Source: Candidatus Enterosoma sp.
GTDB lineage: Bacteria > Bacillota_I > Bacilli_A > RFN20 > CAG-288
Assembly: GCA_050874925.1 (NCBI GenBank)
Contig: JBNMLQ010000001.1
Span: forward strand, 1-53,515
Direction: 5' to 3'
Length of the DNA: 53,515 bases
In this document: positions 19,739-28,174 of the stretch, in pieces
How positions within the stretch are numbered: position 1 is the first letter of the stretch
Layout: every line of letters starts with the position of its first letter
Notes under the pieces: generated by a model
Told to the model about the DNA's origin: nothing
Seen by the model: only the letters and a program-made list of their open reading frames with translations
The model's database searches: none
Position numbers and translations under genes: made by a program

Positions 19739-19755
19739 AAACTTGTCTATCCTCC

Positions 19756-20067
19756 TTACAGCTTGATTTCAACATCGACACCGGCAGGTAAGTCGAGATT
19801 CTTGAGAATGTCGATGGTCTGCTTGGTCGGGCGGTTGATGTCGATCAGTCTCTTATGCGTTCTGATTTCGAATTGTTCGCGGGAATCCTTGTCGACGAAC
19901 GGAGAACGTAAGATGGTGAAGATCTGTTTTTCAGTAGGAAGCGGGATTGGGCCAACTACCTGAGCGCCGGTCTTCTTGGCGGCTTCGACGATCTTTGCGA
20001 CCGCCTGGTCAAGGACTTTGTGATCATAGCCCTTGAGACGAACACGGATTGATTTGTTTTCTGCCAT
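19756..20067 (-). CDS. rpsJ: 30S ribosomal protein S10
   Basis: 103 aa. [14 protein letters not shown]...[12 protein letters not shown]. First gene of the operon. Confidence 0.97.
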   Translation of the reverse strand: MAENKSIRVRLKGYDHKVLDQAVAKIVEAAKKTGAQVVGPIPLPTEKQIFTILRSPFVDKDSREQFEIRTHKRLIDINRPTKQTIDILKNLDLPAGVDVEIKL

Positions 20068-20195
20068 TGTGTTTCCTCCTTTACCCGAGATCTATGTTCG
20101 GGCATCCGTTCGGTATGAATTACCGGAAACGTTGACAACCTTTGATGGCGTTTCCGCAACTTCACACGTCAATACGGGCTGAAATGGCATTCAGC
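20068..20195 (-). promoter_or_regulatory. Structured 5' leader of the S10 operon
   Basis: About 125-nt untranslated leader. It contains an 8-bp stem CGGAAACG...CGTTTCCG and a 5-bp stem CCCGA...TCGGG just upstream of the AAAGGAGG SD. Confidence 0.35.
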
Positions 20196-20202
20196 GTGTA
20201 CT

Positions 20203-20231
20203 AGTCTACTCTTATATACAAGTCATGTCAA
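20203..20231 (-). promoter_or_regulatory. Candidate sigma-A promoter of the S10-spc-alpha operon
   Basis: Minus strand reads TTGACA, 17 nt, TAGACT. Confidence 0.5.
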
Positions 20232-20375
20232 CAAAAAAGTGAAGTTTTTTTGCCTTTTCATGAAAGCACATATATATAAGGTATTATAGTGCTTGTTTTC
20301 ATTACAACCCTCGATGGCGTATCCTGACTTATATTTTCTTCCATCAGGAACCTCCTTCCTGTAGAATATATCCAT

Positions 20376-21500
20376 ATGAAAATAGTATTGAACGAACAGG
20401 AGCGTCAGGCACTGGACGACATCCTGACACAAAAAGACGAAAACTGTGCCGTCAGCGAACTTTATAACTCCTATCTTGACGATCACTTCGATGCCATCGG
20501 AGAGAAGGATGTGCACTTCCTCATGGACAAGGAAGGGCTTGACGAGAAAACCGCCATGGAGGAAGCCTTCCTTGACTACATCAATCTCGATTCAAGTGAC
20601 CCCGTGGTCGAAGAGATGAAGGAGCACACCGGCTTTGGTTCACTCACCCGATTGGATGGGGAAGCCTTTCTCAGGGAGCCTTTCCAGAGCCTGAAGGTTC
20701 CAAAGGCCGTCTTAGGTCCTTATCAGCTAAGGTACAATTATTTCTCACCCTTTGAGCTTTTCACCAGCGATGACACAACCGCCGATGAGAAAAACAATTT
20801 TGCCGAAATGACATCCGTAGGCTATTTCGATAAGAAAGTTCCCTACCTCATGCTCACCCAGGGCGAGGAAATCTGGATGAGCATCACGCCTCATGAGATC
20901 AACACCATGAAAGAGCCGATTGCAAAAGCCTCTGGAGACGTGCTGACCTTCGGACTTGGCTTAGGCTACTTTGCCTATGAGGTATCCAACAAGGATGACG
21001 TCAGCTTGGTCACCATCATCGAGAAGGATGCCAAGGTCATCGAGCTTTTCAAGAAGAACATCCTGCCGCTCTTCAAACACAAGGAAAAGATCCGCATCAT
21101 CAAAATCGATGCCTTCCTTTATTTCGACAGGGAGATGAAGGACACCCATTATGACTATGTCTTCGTCGATATCTACCATACAAGCCAGGACGCCCTTCCC
21201 CTTTATCTGAGATTCCTTAGGCTAGAGAAGAAAAACGGATACGAAAACATCCATTACTGGATCGAAGACTCCATCCTCTGCCTGATGAGAAGATATGTGC
21301 TGACTCTGATAGAAGAATATTTCCTTTCCGTCGATCCGAAGGAATACGACAACATCACAGACGAAGAGACAGACATCCTCTCTTGTCTCTACCATGCATT
21401 GGAAGACAAGGAATTCCGTTCCATCGATGAAGTCAAGTTCCTCCTTTCCAACCAAGGCCTGAAATCCTTGGCAAAGGAAAGCAAACCCTCAAGGCGCTGA
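20376..21500 (+). CDS. Hypothetical protein with a class-I SAM-methyltransferase / spermidine-synthase-like C-terminal half
   Basis: 374 aa. Motif-I-like GDVLTFGLGLGYFAYEV, then VTIIEKDAKVIE, IIKIDAF and YDYVFVDIY. No obvious SD before the ATG. Confidence 0.5.
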   Translation: MKIVLNEQERQALDDILTQKDENCAVSELYNSYLDDHFDAIGEKDVHFLMDKEGLDEKTAMEEAFLDYINLDSSDPVVEEMKEHTGFGSLTRLDGEAFLREPFQSLKVPKAVLGPYQLRYNYFSPFELFTSDDTTADEKNNFAEMTSVGYFDKKVPYLMLTQGEEIWMSITPHEINTMKEPIAKASGDVLTFGLGLGYFAYEVSNKDDVSLVTIIEKDAKVIELFKKNILPLFKHKEKIRIIKIDAFLYFDREMKDTHYDYVFVDIYHTSQDALPLYLRFLRLEKKNGYENIHYWIEDSILCLMRRYVLTLIEEYFLSVDPKEYDNITDEETDILSCLYHALEDKEFRSIDEVKFLLSNQGLKSLAKESKPSRR

Positions 21501-21513
21501 AAGGCGCCTTTTT
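21491..21513 (+). terminator. Intrinsic terminator
   Basis: AAGGCGC / GCGCCTT stem spanning the stop codon, followed by a T-run. Confidence 0.55.
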
Positions 21514-21578
21514 AAAGTTTTCCTTGACCTAAACCTGACTTCAGGTGCTTGAATAATCAAGACGGAGGAAACTACAAC

Positions 21579-22325
21579 ATGAAAATCAAACAGACGGCCG
21601 GAAGAGACCAGCTCAGCGGACTGGCCGACGAATTTGCCAAGGTCAACGATGACATCCTTTTTGGCGAAGTATGGAGCGATGATGATGTCATCAGTCCAAA
21701 GACCAGGTCCATCATCACCATCAGCGTCATGATCGGAAAAGGTCTTTTGGACTCTTCATTCACCCATCACCTTGCCTTTGCCAAGGAAAATGGCGTCACC
21801 AGGGAAGAAATCGGAAGGATCATCACCCATGCCGGCTTCTATGCAGGATGGCCAAACGCCTGGGCAGCCTTCCGCATGGCCAAGGAAGTCTTCGATGACG
21901 ACACCGTGAACCATGGCGGATACTTCGGCATGGGAGAGAAAAACAAGGCCTATGCAAAATACTTCACCGGAACATCCTATCTGAAGACACTGACGCCAAA
22001 GGATGCTCCTCAGGCGGTTTGCAACGTCACCTTCGAGCCAGGATGCAGGAACTTCTATCATATCCACAAGGCCAAGGAAGGCGGAGGCCAGATTCTTCTT
22101 TGCGTCGAAGGAAAGGGAATCTACAAGGAAGAAGGCGGAAGAAAGGTCATCATGACGCCAGGAAGCGTCGTCTACATCCCCGCCAACGTCAAGCATTACC
22201 ATGGTGCCTTCCCGAACTGCTGGTTCTCCCATCTCGCCATCGAGGTCAAAGGAGAGGAAACGTCCAACCAATGGCTTGAGGAAGTCAAAGAAGAGGAGTA
22301 CCTCGAAGACTGCAAGGAAGACTGA
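21579..22325 (+). CDS. Carboxymuconolactone-decarboxylase (AhpD-like) domain fused to a cupin domain
   Basis: ORF track starts at a TTG at 21549. The ATG at 21579 follows GGAGG. The N-terminal half (ITISVMIGKG...HAGFYAGWPNA) is CMD-like and the C-terminal half (FYHIHKAKEGGGQILLCVEGKG...VKHYHGA) is cupin. Confidence 0.75.
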   Translation: MKIKQTAGRDQLSGLADEFAKVNDDILFGEVWSDDDVISPKTRSIITISVMIGKGLLDSSFTHHLAFAKENGVTREEIGRIITHAGFYAGWPNAWAAFRMAKEVFDDDTVNHGGYFGMGEKNKAYAKYFTGTSYLKTLTPKDAPQAVCNVTFEPGCRNFYHIHKAKEGGGQILLCVEGKGIYKEEGGRKVIMTPGSVVYIPANVKHYHGAFPNCWFSHLAIEVKGEETSNQWLEEVKEEEYLEDCKED

Positions 22326-22402
22326 AAAAGCCTTTTCATTTGCATTTTCTTCTTACATTCCGACTTCCGTTTCTTTAAAATATCCAAAGTAACGTGCAGC
22401 AA

Positions 22403-22442
22403 AGCGTAAGTCCGGTTACCAGACCGGATTTACGCTTTTTTT
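22403..22442 (+). terminator. Intrinsic terminator
   Basis: 14-bp stem AGCGTAAGTCCGGT / ACCGGATTTACGCT (one G-U pair) followed by T7. Confidence 0.8.
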
Positions 22443-22458
22443 CATAGGAGGAAACAAC

Positions 22459-23871
22459 ATGCATGAAAACAAGATGGGCGTCATGAAGATGTCCAAGCTA
22501 TTATGGGTCATGGGACTTCCGATGATCCTCTCCATGATCCTACAGGCCATCTACAACGTCGTCGACACAGTCTTCGTCGTCAACAGGGAGGGACTCGGCC
22601 AGATTGCCAACCAGGCCCTGACGTTTGCCTTCCCCGTACAGATCTTCATGATTGCCGTAGGCGTAGGAACGGGTGTCGGCATCAACGCGATGCTCTCAAA
22701 GAGCCTTGGCGAAGGAAACAAGGAAGTGGCCAACAAGGTGTGCGGAAGCGGCATCGCACTGGGAATCATCATCACCCTCGTCTTTGTCCTCTTCGGCCTC
22801 TTCGGGGCCAATCCCTATATGCAGTTCATGGCAAGGAACGTCGATGAGAGCCTCTACGACAAAAGCACCATCGTTTCCCTGGGAAGCGAGTATCTCAGCG
22901 TATGCTGCATCTACTCCATCGGAAGCGTTGGCTTTGCCATCTTCGAGAGATTCCTTCAGGCGACAGGAAAGACCATGTATTCGACCATCGGCCAAATCAG
23001 CGGCGCATTGCTCAACATCCTTCTAGACTATGTCTTCATCTATCCTTGCAACATGGGAACCTTCGGTGCAGCCCTGGCAACCATCCTAGGTCAGATCCTC
23101 TCCCTTCTTGTAGCCATGTTCTTCCACTATTTCTTCAACAAGGAGATAGACGGCCATCCGAAATACATCAAGCCTGACTTCAGAATCATCAGGCAGATCT
23201 ATACCATCGGCCTTCCGGCCATGCTGATGCAGATCATGCTTGCCGTGATGATGTTTCTCTGCATCGAGATCATCGGAACCCAAAAAGAGGTCGGAACCCT
23301 GCTCCAGGGAGCCTTCGGCATCTACTACAAGATCATGCAGATTGCCTTGTTTGCCTGCTTCGGACTCAGCAACACCCTCATCAGCATCGTTTCCTACAAC
23401 CATGGCATGGGCGATGAAAAGAGAGTCAGGCAGGCCATCCTCTTCGGCATCCTGGATTCCGTCATCGTCGCAGCCGTCCTGACACTCCTCTTCCAGCTTC
23501 TTGCCACACCGATCAGCCATCTATTCGGAATGACCGTCTCCGACGGCGGGGAAAAGGTCATCCAGATCTGCGTGAGTGCCATGCATATCGCCACCATCGG
23601 ATACGTCTTCATGGGTATCAGCGTTGCCATACAAGGCATCCTTCAGGGATTTAGAAGCGTCTTCCTTCCCCTCATCATCTCCCTTTTGAGGCTCATCGTC
23701 TTCGTCGTTCCCTTCGGCTTCCTCTTCCTCAACATCGGCGATCCGCTTTCAACCTTCTGGTGGACATTCCCTATCAGTGAGTTCCTCACGGCGATATGTT
23801 CACTCTTCTTCCTCCTTTGGAAAGTCAAGGCACTGAAAAAGAACAAGGCCCAGAAGGAAATCCAGGCTTGA
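22459..23871 (+). CDS. MATE-family efflux transporter
   Basis: 470 aa, 12-TM-like. N-terminal LLWVMGLPMILSMILQAIYNVVDTVFV is typical of MATE. AGGAGG SD. Confidence 0.9.
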   Translation: MHENKMGVMKMSKLLWVMGLPMILSMILQAIYNVVDTVFVVNREGLGQIANQALTFAFPVQIFMIAVGVGTGVGINAMLSKSLGEGNKEVANKVCGSGIALGIIITLVFVLFGLFGANPYMQFMARNVDESLYDKSTIVSLGSEYLSVCCIYSIGSVGFAIFERFLQATGKTMYSTIGQISGALLNILLDYVFIYPCNMGTFGAALATILGQILSLLVAMFFHYFFNKEIDGHPKYIKPDFRIIRQIYTIGLPAMLMQIMLAVMMFLCIEIIGTQKEVGTLLQGAFGIYYKIMQIALFACFGLSNTLISIVSYNHGMGDEKRVRQAILFGILDSVIVAAVLTLLFQLLATPISHLFGMTVSDGGEKVIQICVSAMHIATIGYVFMGISVAIQGILQGFRSVFLPLIISLLRLIVFVVPFGFLFLNIGDPLSTFWWTFPISEFLTAICSLFFLLWKVKALKKNKAQKEIQA

Positions 23872-23875
23872 AATG

Positions 23876-23900
23876 AGGTGGCTTAAAGCCACCTTTTCTT
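23876..23900. terminator. Intrinsic terminator between convergent genes
   Basis: AGGTGGC / GCCACCT stem, 5-nt loop, T-run on the plus strand. Confidence 0.6.
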
Positions 23901-25395
23901 ATAGGAAGAGAAGACTTATCGGTTCCATCCCGTCAGGGTTCGGATAGAACTTCGAAACGATGAAATCAGTAAGGATGAGGCAGATGAAGATAGCGGATAG
24001 GATCCACCTTGTCTTCTTCGACATCCGATGAAGCAGAGGATACAAAAACGGACCGACAAAGTAGATGGCAACAAGGCATCCCAAGCCGAAGAAGACGCCT
24101 CCGAAAAGACAGATTCTTCCCTGGATATTGAAGGGCATGTCGTCATAGTTCCAATAACGCATGCCTGTCGTCTTCTCCAGAATCAATCCTGTGCAATATT
24201 CGATGGCAAGGCAGACGATGACGGAAAGAAGGAAGGAAAGCCATGGGGTCTTTCGAAACTTCTTCAGAAGGAAGAGGGCAACGACAGCACCCGTCCCATA
24301 GATGGGAAGGACCGGTCCCCAAAGGGTGCCTCTGTTGGCAAACTGGAAGGTATTGATGAAGTTGTAGAACACTTCCCAGAGCCATCCGACAAAAGAGACG
24401 ATGAAAAAGATCAGGACATAGTCGACAAGCTCATAAGGAACATCATATTCGACGTTCCTTCTCATGATCAGAGACTTGCTGTTGTTTTCATAGATATCCA
24501 TGAAGGATTCCTTGAAGAGGGCAAGGTCGTCGAGTGCAAATTCATCCTTGACTTGGATATACGCTTGGGCAAAGGAGAGCTGCTCATAGGGTTCCAAATA
24601 GAATATCAACAGAAGGTCCGCCGTCAGATAAGAAAGCAACCTCCATAAGATAAAGGAAAATTCAAGTTTGAAGAACTCCCATTTGTGACCCTTCATCATC
24701 TTCTTGGATAGCTGTATGGATTTGATCGGTCCTAAGCTTGGGTTGTCCATGATGATATAGTCTACAAGAAAGTAGGAATAATGCTTCACGACACCTCCGA
24801 TGATCGTAATAGACCATAGGAAGGTAAAGACGGATTTCAGCATCCTTGTCAGGACGATATTGATATAGAAACGGTTGAAACCGGCCTGGATGATGACGTT
24901 ATGGTTGTCATTCTCCCCTTTCATCCTCTTGTAGAAATAGGCTTTGGAGCCGATGTTGAGAGGATGGAGAACAAAGGCGATGAAGACATAGAAGAGAAGA
25001 CAGCCGAAGATGGCCATCCATATTCTGTTGAGGCTCGGGTCTTTTGTCGCCGAGAGGATGGAATAGGCAATATAGAAGGGATAGGAGACATCCTGGGTAA
25101 GCCTGGAGACAGCTCCGTTGCCAAGGGAATCATAAAGCGTACACAAGGCAACATCGGCCATATCATCCGGATTCGGAATCAAGAAATCAGGCTTATAGAA
25201 ACGGATGACATATTTGACAAAAAGCCATCCATAGTCGCCCGTCTGACCATTGACATGGTTGCTTAGGGAAAACAAAAGGGAGTTGAGCACACCGGTCGTG
25301 GTGACAAGGACCAGAATGGCGATGAAGACGCCTCTCCAATAGGGATGGGTCAGGTTCTTCTTGGCAGAAGCCTTGATTGCTTTTCTTTCTGACAT
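23899..25395 (-). CDS. Polytopic membrane protein: DUF975-like N-terminal half fused to a CmpB/DUF1113-like ('ABC-transporter type IV') C-terminal half
   Basis: 498 aa. The N-terminus (ERKAIKASAKKNL...WRGVFIAILVL) resembles DUF975. The C-terminus (FVGWLWEVFYNF...GPVLPIYG...IEYCTGLILE...YWNY) resembles PF06541. Confidence 0.55.
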   Translation of the reverse strand: MSERKAIKASAKKNLTHPYWRGVFIAILVLVTTTGVLNSLLFSLSNHVNGQTGDYGWLFVKYVIRFYKPDFLIPNPDDMADVALCTLYDSLGNGAVSRLTQDVSYPFYIAYSILSATKDPSLNRIWMAIFGCLLFYVFIAFVLHPLNIGSKAYFYKRMKGENDNHNVIIQAGFNRFYINIVLTRMLKSVFTFLWSITIIGGVVKHYSYFLVDYIIMDNPSLGPIKSIQLSKKMMKGHKWEFFKLEFSFILWRLLSYLTADLLLIFYLEPYEQLSFAQAYIQVKDEFALDDLALFKESFMDIYENNSKSLIMRRNVEYDVPYELVDYVLIFFIVSFVGWLWEVFYNFINTFQFANRGTLWGPVLPIYGTGAVVALFLLKKFRKTPWLSFLLSVIVCLAIEYCTGLILEKTTGMRYWNYDDMPFNIQGRICLFGGVFFGLGCLVAIYFVGPFLYPLLHRMSKKTRWILSAIFICLILTDFIVSKFYPNPDGMEPISLLFL

Positions 25396-25466
25396 TTGTC
25401 TTTATTCTAAAGGAGCTTGAATTCCGATACAAGCATTTTTTAAAATCGTATAAAGGAGAGAAAGCC

Positions 25467-26102
25467 ATGGATGGACTAAAACTCACGGATGAAGAAAAGA
25501 ATGACATCATCCTTCATTTCAAAAGAAGACAGATCGGCTGCTGTATTTTCGATGAAAAAAGGCAAGCCATCGATTATTTATTTAAAAACATCTTCTTTGA
25601 AGGTTGTCATATCGGATTTGGAGGAAGCATGACGCTTGAAAAAGACCTGAATCTTTATCAGGATCTGAAGGCGAGAAAGGAATACCATCTCATCGACCGC
25701 TATGACAAGAGCATCCAAAAGGAAGACCTCAATGCGATGATGACAAATGCGGATGTCTTTCTGATGTCATCCAATGCCATCAGCATGACAGGGGAGCTAG
25801 TCAACATCGACGGAAGAGGAAACCGCCTTTCCTATCTCCTTTATGGACCGAAGAAGGTCGTCATCCTTGCCGGGACAAACAAGATTGAAAAAGACCTACG
25901 CTCCGCCTATCTCAGGGCAAGGAATGTAGCAGCTACGAAAAACTGCGTCCGACTGGATAAGAACACGCCCTGCAGAAAGAGCATGAAATGCATGGACTGC
26001 CTATCCCCGGATTGCATCTGTGACAACATACTCATCACCAGGAGAAGCCATGAGCCTTTCCGCATCCAGGTTCTCCTCATCGAAGAAGCACTCGGTTACT
26101 AG
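25467..26102 (+). CDS. LUD-domain (LutC/YkgG-like, DUF162) protein
   Basis: ORF track starts at a TTG at 25377. The ATG at 25467 follows AAAGGAGAG. FGGSMTLE...SSNAISMTGELVNIDGRGNR...VVILAGTNKI. Cys-rich C-terminus. Confidence 0.75.
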   Translation: MDGLKLTDEEKNDIILHFKRRQIGCCIFDEKRQAIDYLFKNIFFEGCHIGFGGSMTLEKDLNLYQDLKARKEYHLIDRYDKSIQKEDLNAMMTNADVFLMSSNAISMTGELVNIDGRGNRLSYLLYGPKKVVILAGTNKIEKDLRSAYLRARNVAATKNCVRLDKNTPCRKSMKCMDCLSPDCICDNILITRRSHEPFRIQVLLIEEALGY

Positions 26103-26390
26103 CGTCCTTCAAAATTGATCGCTTTCCAGGCTATACGCTTTCAAAGCGCGTACGGAGTTGCTAAAATGATTCATGGTTCCTCTCTTTCGTTCATGTTTCC
26201 TGGTATTGTGAGTACCCATGAAAATCATAGACCGGGGAGGAACTTTTTCAATGGCTTTTTTGATTCTATGGATTTTTATTTTGAGAGGGCAAAATTGCGA
26301 TGGATACGATGGTTTACGGGAAAAAGACCTGCCCGGATATAAAAAACATTAAAACTCAATAGGCTATAATATTGCAAGCGAGGTAACATC

Positions 26391-26717
26391 ATGATTGATT
26401 TCAATGAACTGAAACTGCAGGAAGTCGAACATTTCAAGAACGGAGAAGGCATCTGCAAGATGAAGATGGTGGATGACAAAAAGGTCAAGATCATCAAGTC
26501 CGTCATCGAACAAGGCGTATCAAGCGGTGAACATATCCATGAAAACAGTGCCGAAATCATCTACGTCCTGTCAGGAAGAGGTCATTTCTTCTTGGATGGC
26601 AAGGAAGAGGTGCTTGTCGAAGGTCAGGTCCACTACTGCCCCTTAGGTCACAGCCATCACTTCAAAAACGAGGATGAGGAACCTTTGATACTCCTCTGCA
26701 TCGTTCCGCAGTTTTGA
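26391..26717 (+). CDS. Small cupin-domain protein
   Basis: 108 aa. GEHIHENSAEIIYVLSGRGHF...PLGHSHHFKN. Confidence 0.75.
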   Translation: MIDFNELKLQEVEHFKNGEGICKMKMVDDKKVKIIKSVIEQGVSSGEHIHENSAEIIYVLSGRGHFFLDGKEEVLVEGQVHYCPLGHSHHFKNEDEEPLILLCIVPQF

Positions 26718-26720
26718 AAA

Positions 26721-26757
26721 AAGTCGCCTCCCGGAAGGGAAGGCGGCTTCTTTTTTT
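26721..26757. terminator. Bidirectional intrinsic terminator
   Basis: GC-rich stem (GTCGCCTCCC / GGGAAGGCGGC, one bulge) with a GGAA loop, an A-run before and T7 after. Sits between convergent genes. Confidence 0.7.
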
Positions 26758-26768
26758 ATGATTGGTTC

Positions 26769-27914
26769 CTACATCAGCTTCATGAACAGTTCCTTGACCT
26801 GTTCCTGGCTGGCTTCTCTCGGGTTGCCCGGATAGCAGGCATCCTTGAGAGCATCCCTGGAGATATTGTCAAGGTCTTCAGACTTGATTTCGGCACACTT
26901 CTCCGGAATGCCGACATCCTTGGAAAGCTGTTTGACGGCATTGATGGCTGCAAGGCGATATTCTTCCTGGCTCATCTTGTCGACATCCTTGACGCCCAAG
27001 GCGATGGCGATGTCACGATACTTGGTTCCGCTGACCGGTGCGTTGAATTCCATGGCGATCGGAAGAAGCATGGCGCAGGCCTTGCCGTGGGGAACGTCAT
27101 AATAGGCAGAAAGGGTATGAGCCATGGCATGGTCGATGCCAAGGCCGACATTGGAGAAGCCCATACCGGCGATATACTGGCCGAGAGCCATCTGTTCTCT
27201 TCCGTCTGGATCGTTGTTGACGGCAGCTCTCAAACTCTTGCCGATGATTTCGATGGCCTTGATATGGAACATGTCAGACATCTCCCAGGCACCTCTGGTG
27301 ATATAGCCTTCGATGGCATGGGTCAAAGCATCCATACCAGTGAAGGCAGTGAGGCTTTTTGGCATGGAAGACATCATGTCAGGATCGACGAAGGCGACGA
27401 CAGGGATGTCATGGACATCGACGCAGACGAACTTTCTCACTTTCTCGACATCGGTGATGACATAGTTGATGGTGACTTCGGCAGCCGTTCCAGCCGTGGT
27501 CGGTACGGCAAAGATCGGAAGGGCAGGCTTCTTGGTCGGTGCGACACCTTCCAGGGAACGGACATCGGCAAATTCAGGGTTCGTCATGATGATGCCGATG
27601 GCCTTGGCGGTATCCATGGAAGAACCACCGCCGATGGCAAGGAGGAAGTCTGCTTTTGCTTCCTTGGCTGCCTTGACACCCTGTGTCACGTTTTCGATGG
27701 TCGGATTCGGTTTGATGTCCGTATAGAGTTCATAGGCAAGACCAGCCTTGTCAAGAAGGTCCGTGACCTTTTTGGTGACACCGAACTTGACCAAGGACGG
27801 ATCGGAGCAGACGAGGGCCTTCTTGAATCCTCTCTGCATTGCCTCGGGGACGATGTTTTCGATAGCACCGTGTCCGTGGTAGGAAATTTCATTCAGAACG
27901 AAACGATTTGCCAT
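26769..27914 (-). CDS. fucO: Iron-containing alcohol dehydrogenase, lactaldehyde reductase / 1,2-propanediol oxidoreductase-like
   Basis: ORF track gives 26769..28001. The start MANRFVLNEISYHGHG at 27914 follows AAGGAG and aligns from residue 1 with my recollection of E. coli FucO (MANRMILNETAWFGRG...). Confidence 0.8.
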   Translation of the reverse strand: MANRFVLNEISYHGHGAIENIVPEAMQRGFKKALVCSDPSLVKFGVTKKVTDLLDKAGLAYELYTDIKPNPTIENVTQGVKAAKEAKADFLLAIGGGSSMDTAKAIGIIMTNPEFADVRSLEGVAPTKKPALPIFAVPTTAGTAAEVTINYVITDVEKVRKFVCVDVHDIPVVAFVDPDMMSSMPKSLTAFTGMDALTHAIEGYITRGAWEMSDMFHIKAIEIIGKSLRAAVNNDPDGREQMALGQYIAGMGFSNVGLGIDHAMAHTLSAYYDVPHGKACAMLLPIAMEFNAPVSGTKYRDIAIALGVKDVDKMSQEEYRLAAINAVKQLSKDVGIPEKCAEIKSEDLDNISRDALKDACYPGNPREASQEQVKELFMKLM

Positions 27915-28174
27915 GATGATTGGCTCCTTTCTTGTACTCGCTTTCATTATAATTGCTAGTTCTTGAAAAAGTATCGTATTTTTTCGATTGTTCACATTCA
28001 TGCTTATTTGGCATTGGATTTATACCATTTTTATCAGTAGTAAACACATTCGAACATGATTATCCTTCTTGTAAAGTCAAAAGACGTCAAAATTGAAACA
28101 GTTTATGTCTTTTGCTTTGTAAGCCCTTTTTCTCCAACTATAATATTTTCGTCTTTATGGAAGGAGATATTCTC

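Noticed and set aside
6466-19963. Many 60-284-aa ORFs on the plus strand, or in alternative minus-strand frames, across the ribosomal operon (e.g. 6486..7259, 8985..9662, 11964..12623, 16968..17759, 18304..18993, 19109..19963)
   Set aside because: Every one overlaps a highly conserved r-protein, secY, adk or map gene. They are typical antisense or off-frame artefacts of compositionally biased coding sequence.
20223-20516. 97-aa minus-strand ORF spanning the S10 promoter region and the start of the methyltransferase-like gene
   Set aside because: It overlaps a promoter and the 5' end of a better-supported plus-strand gene, and it has no SD.
27087-27959. 290-aa plus-strand ORF
   Set aside because: It is antisense to the fucO-like gene.
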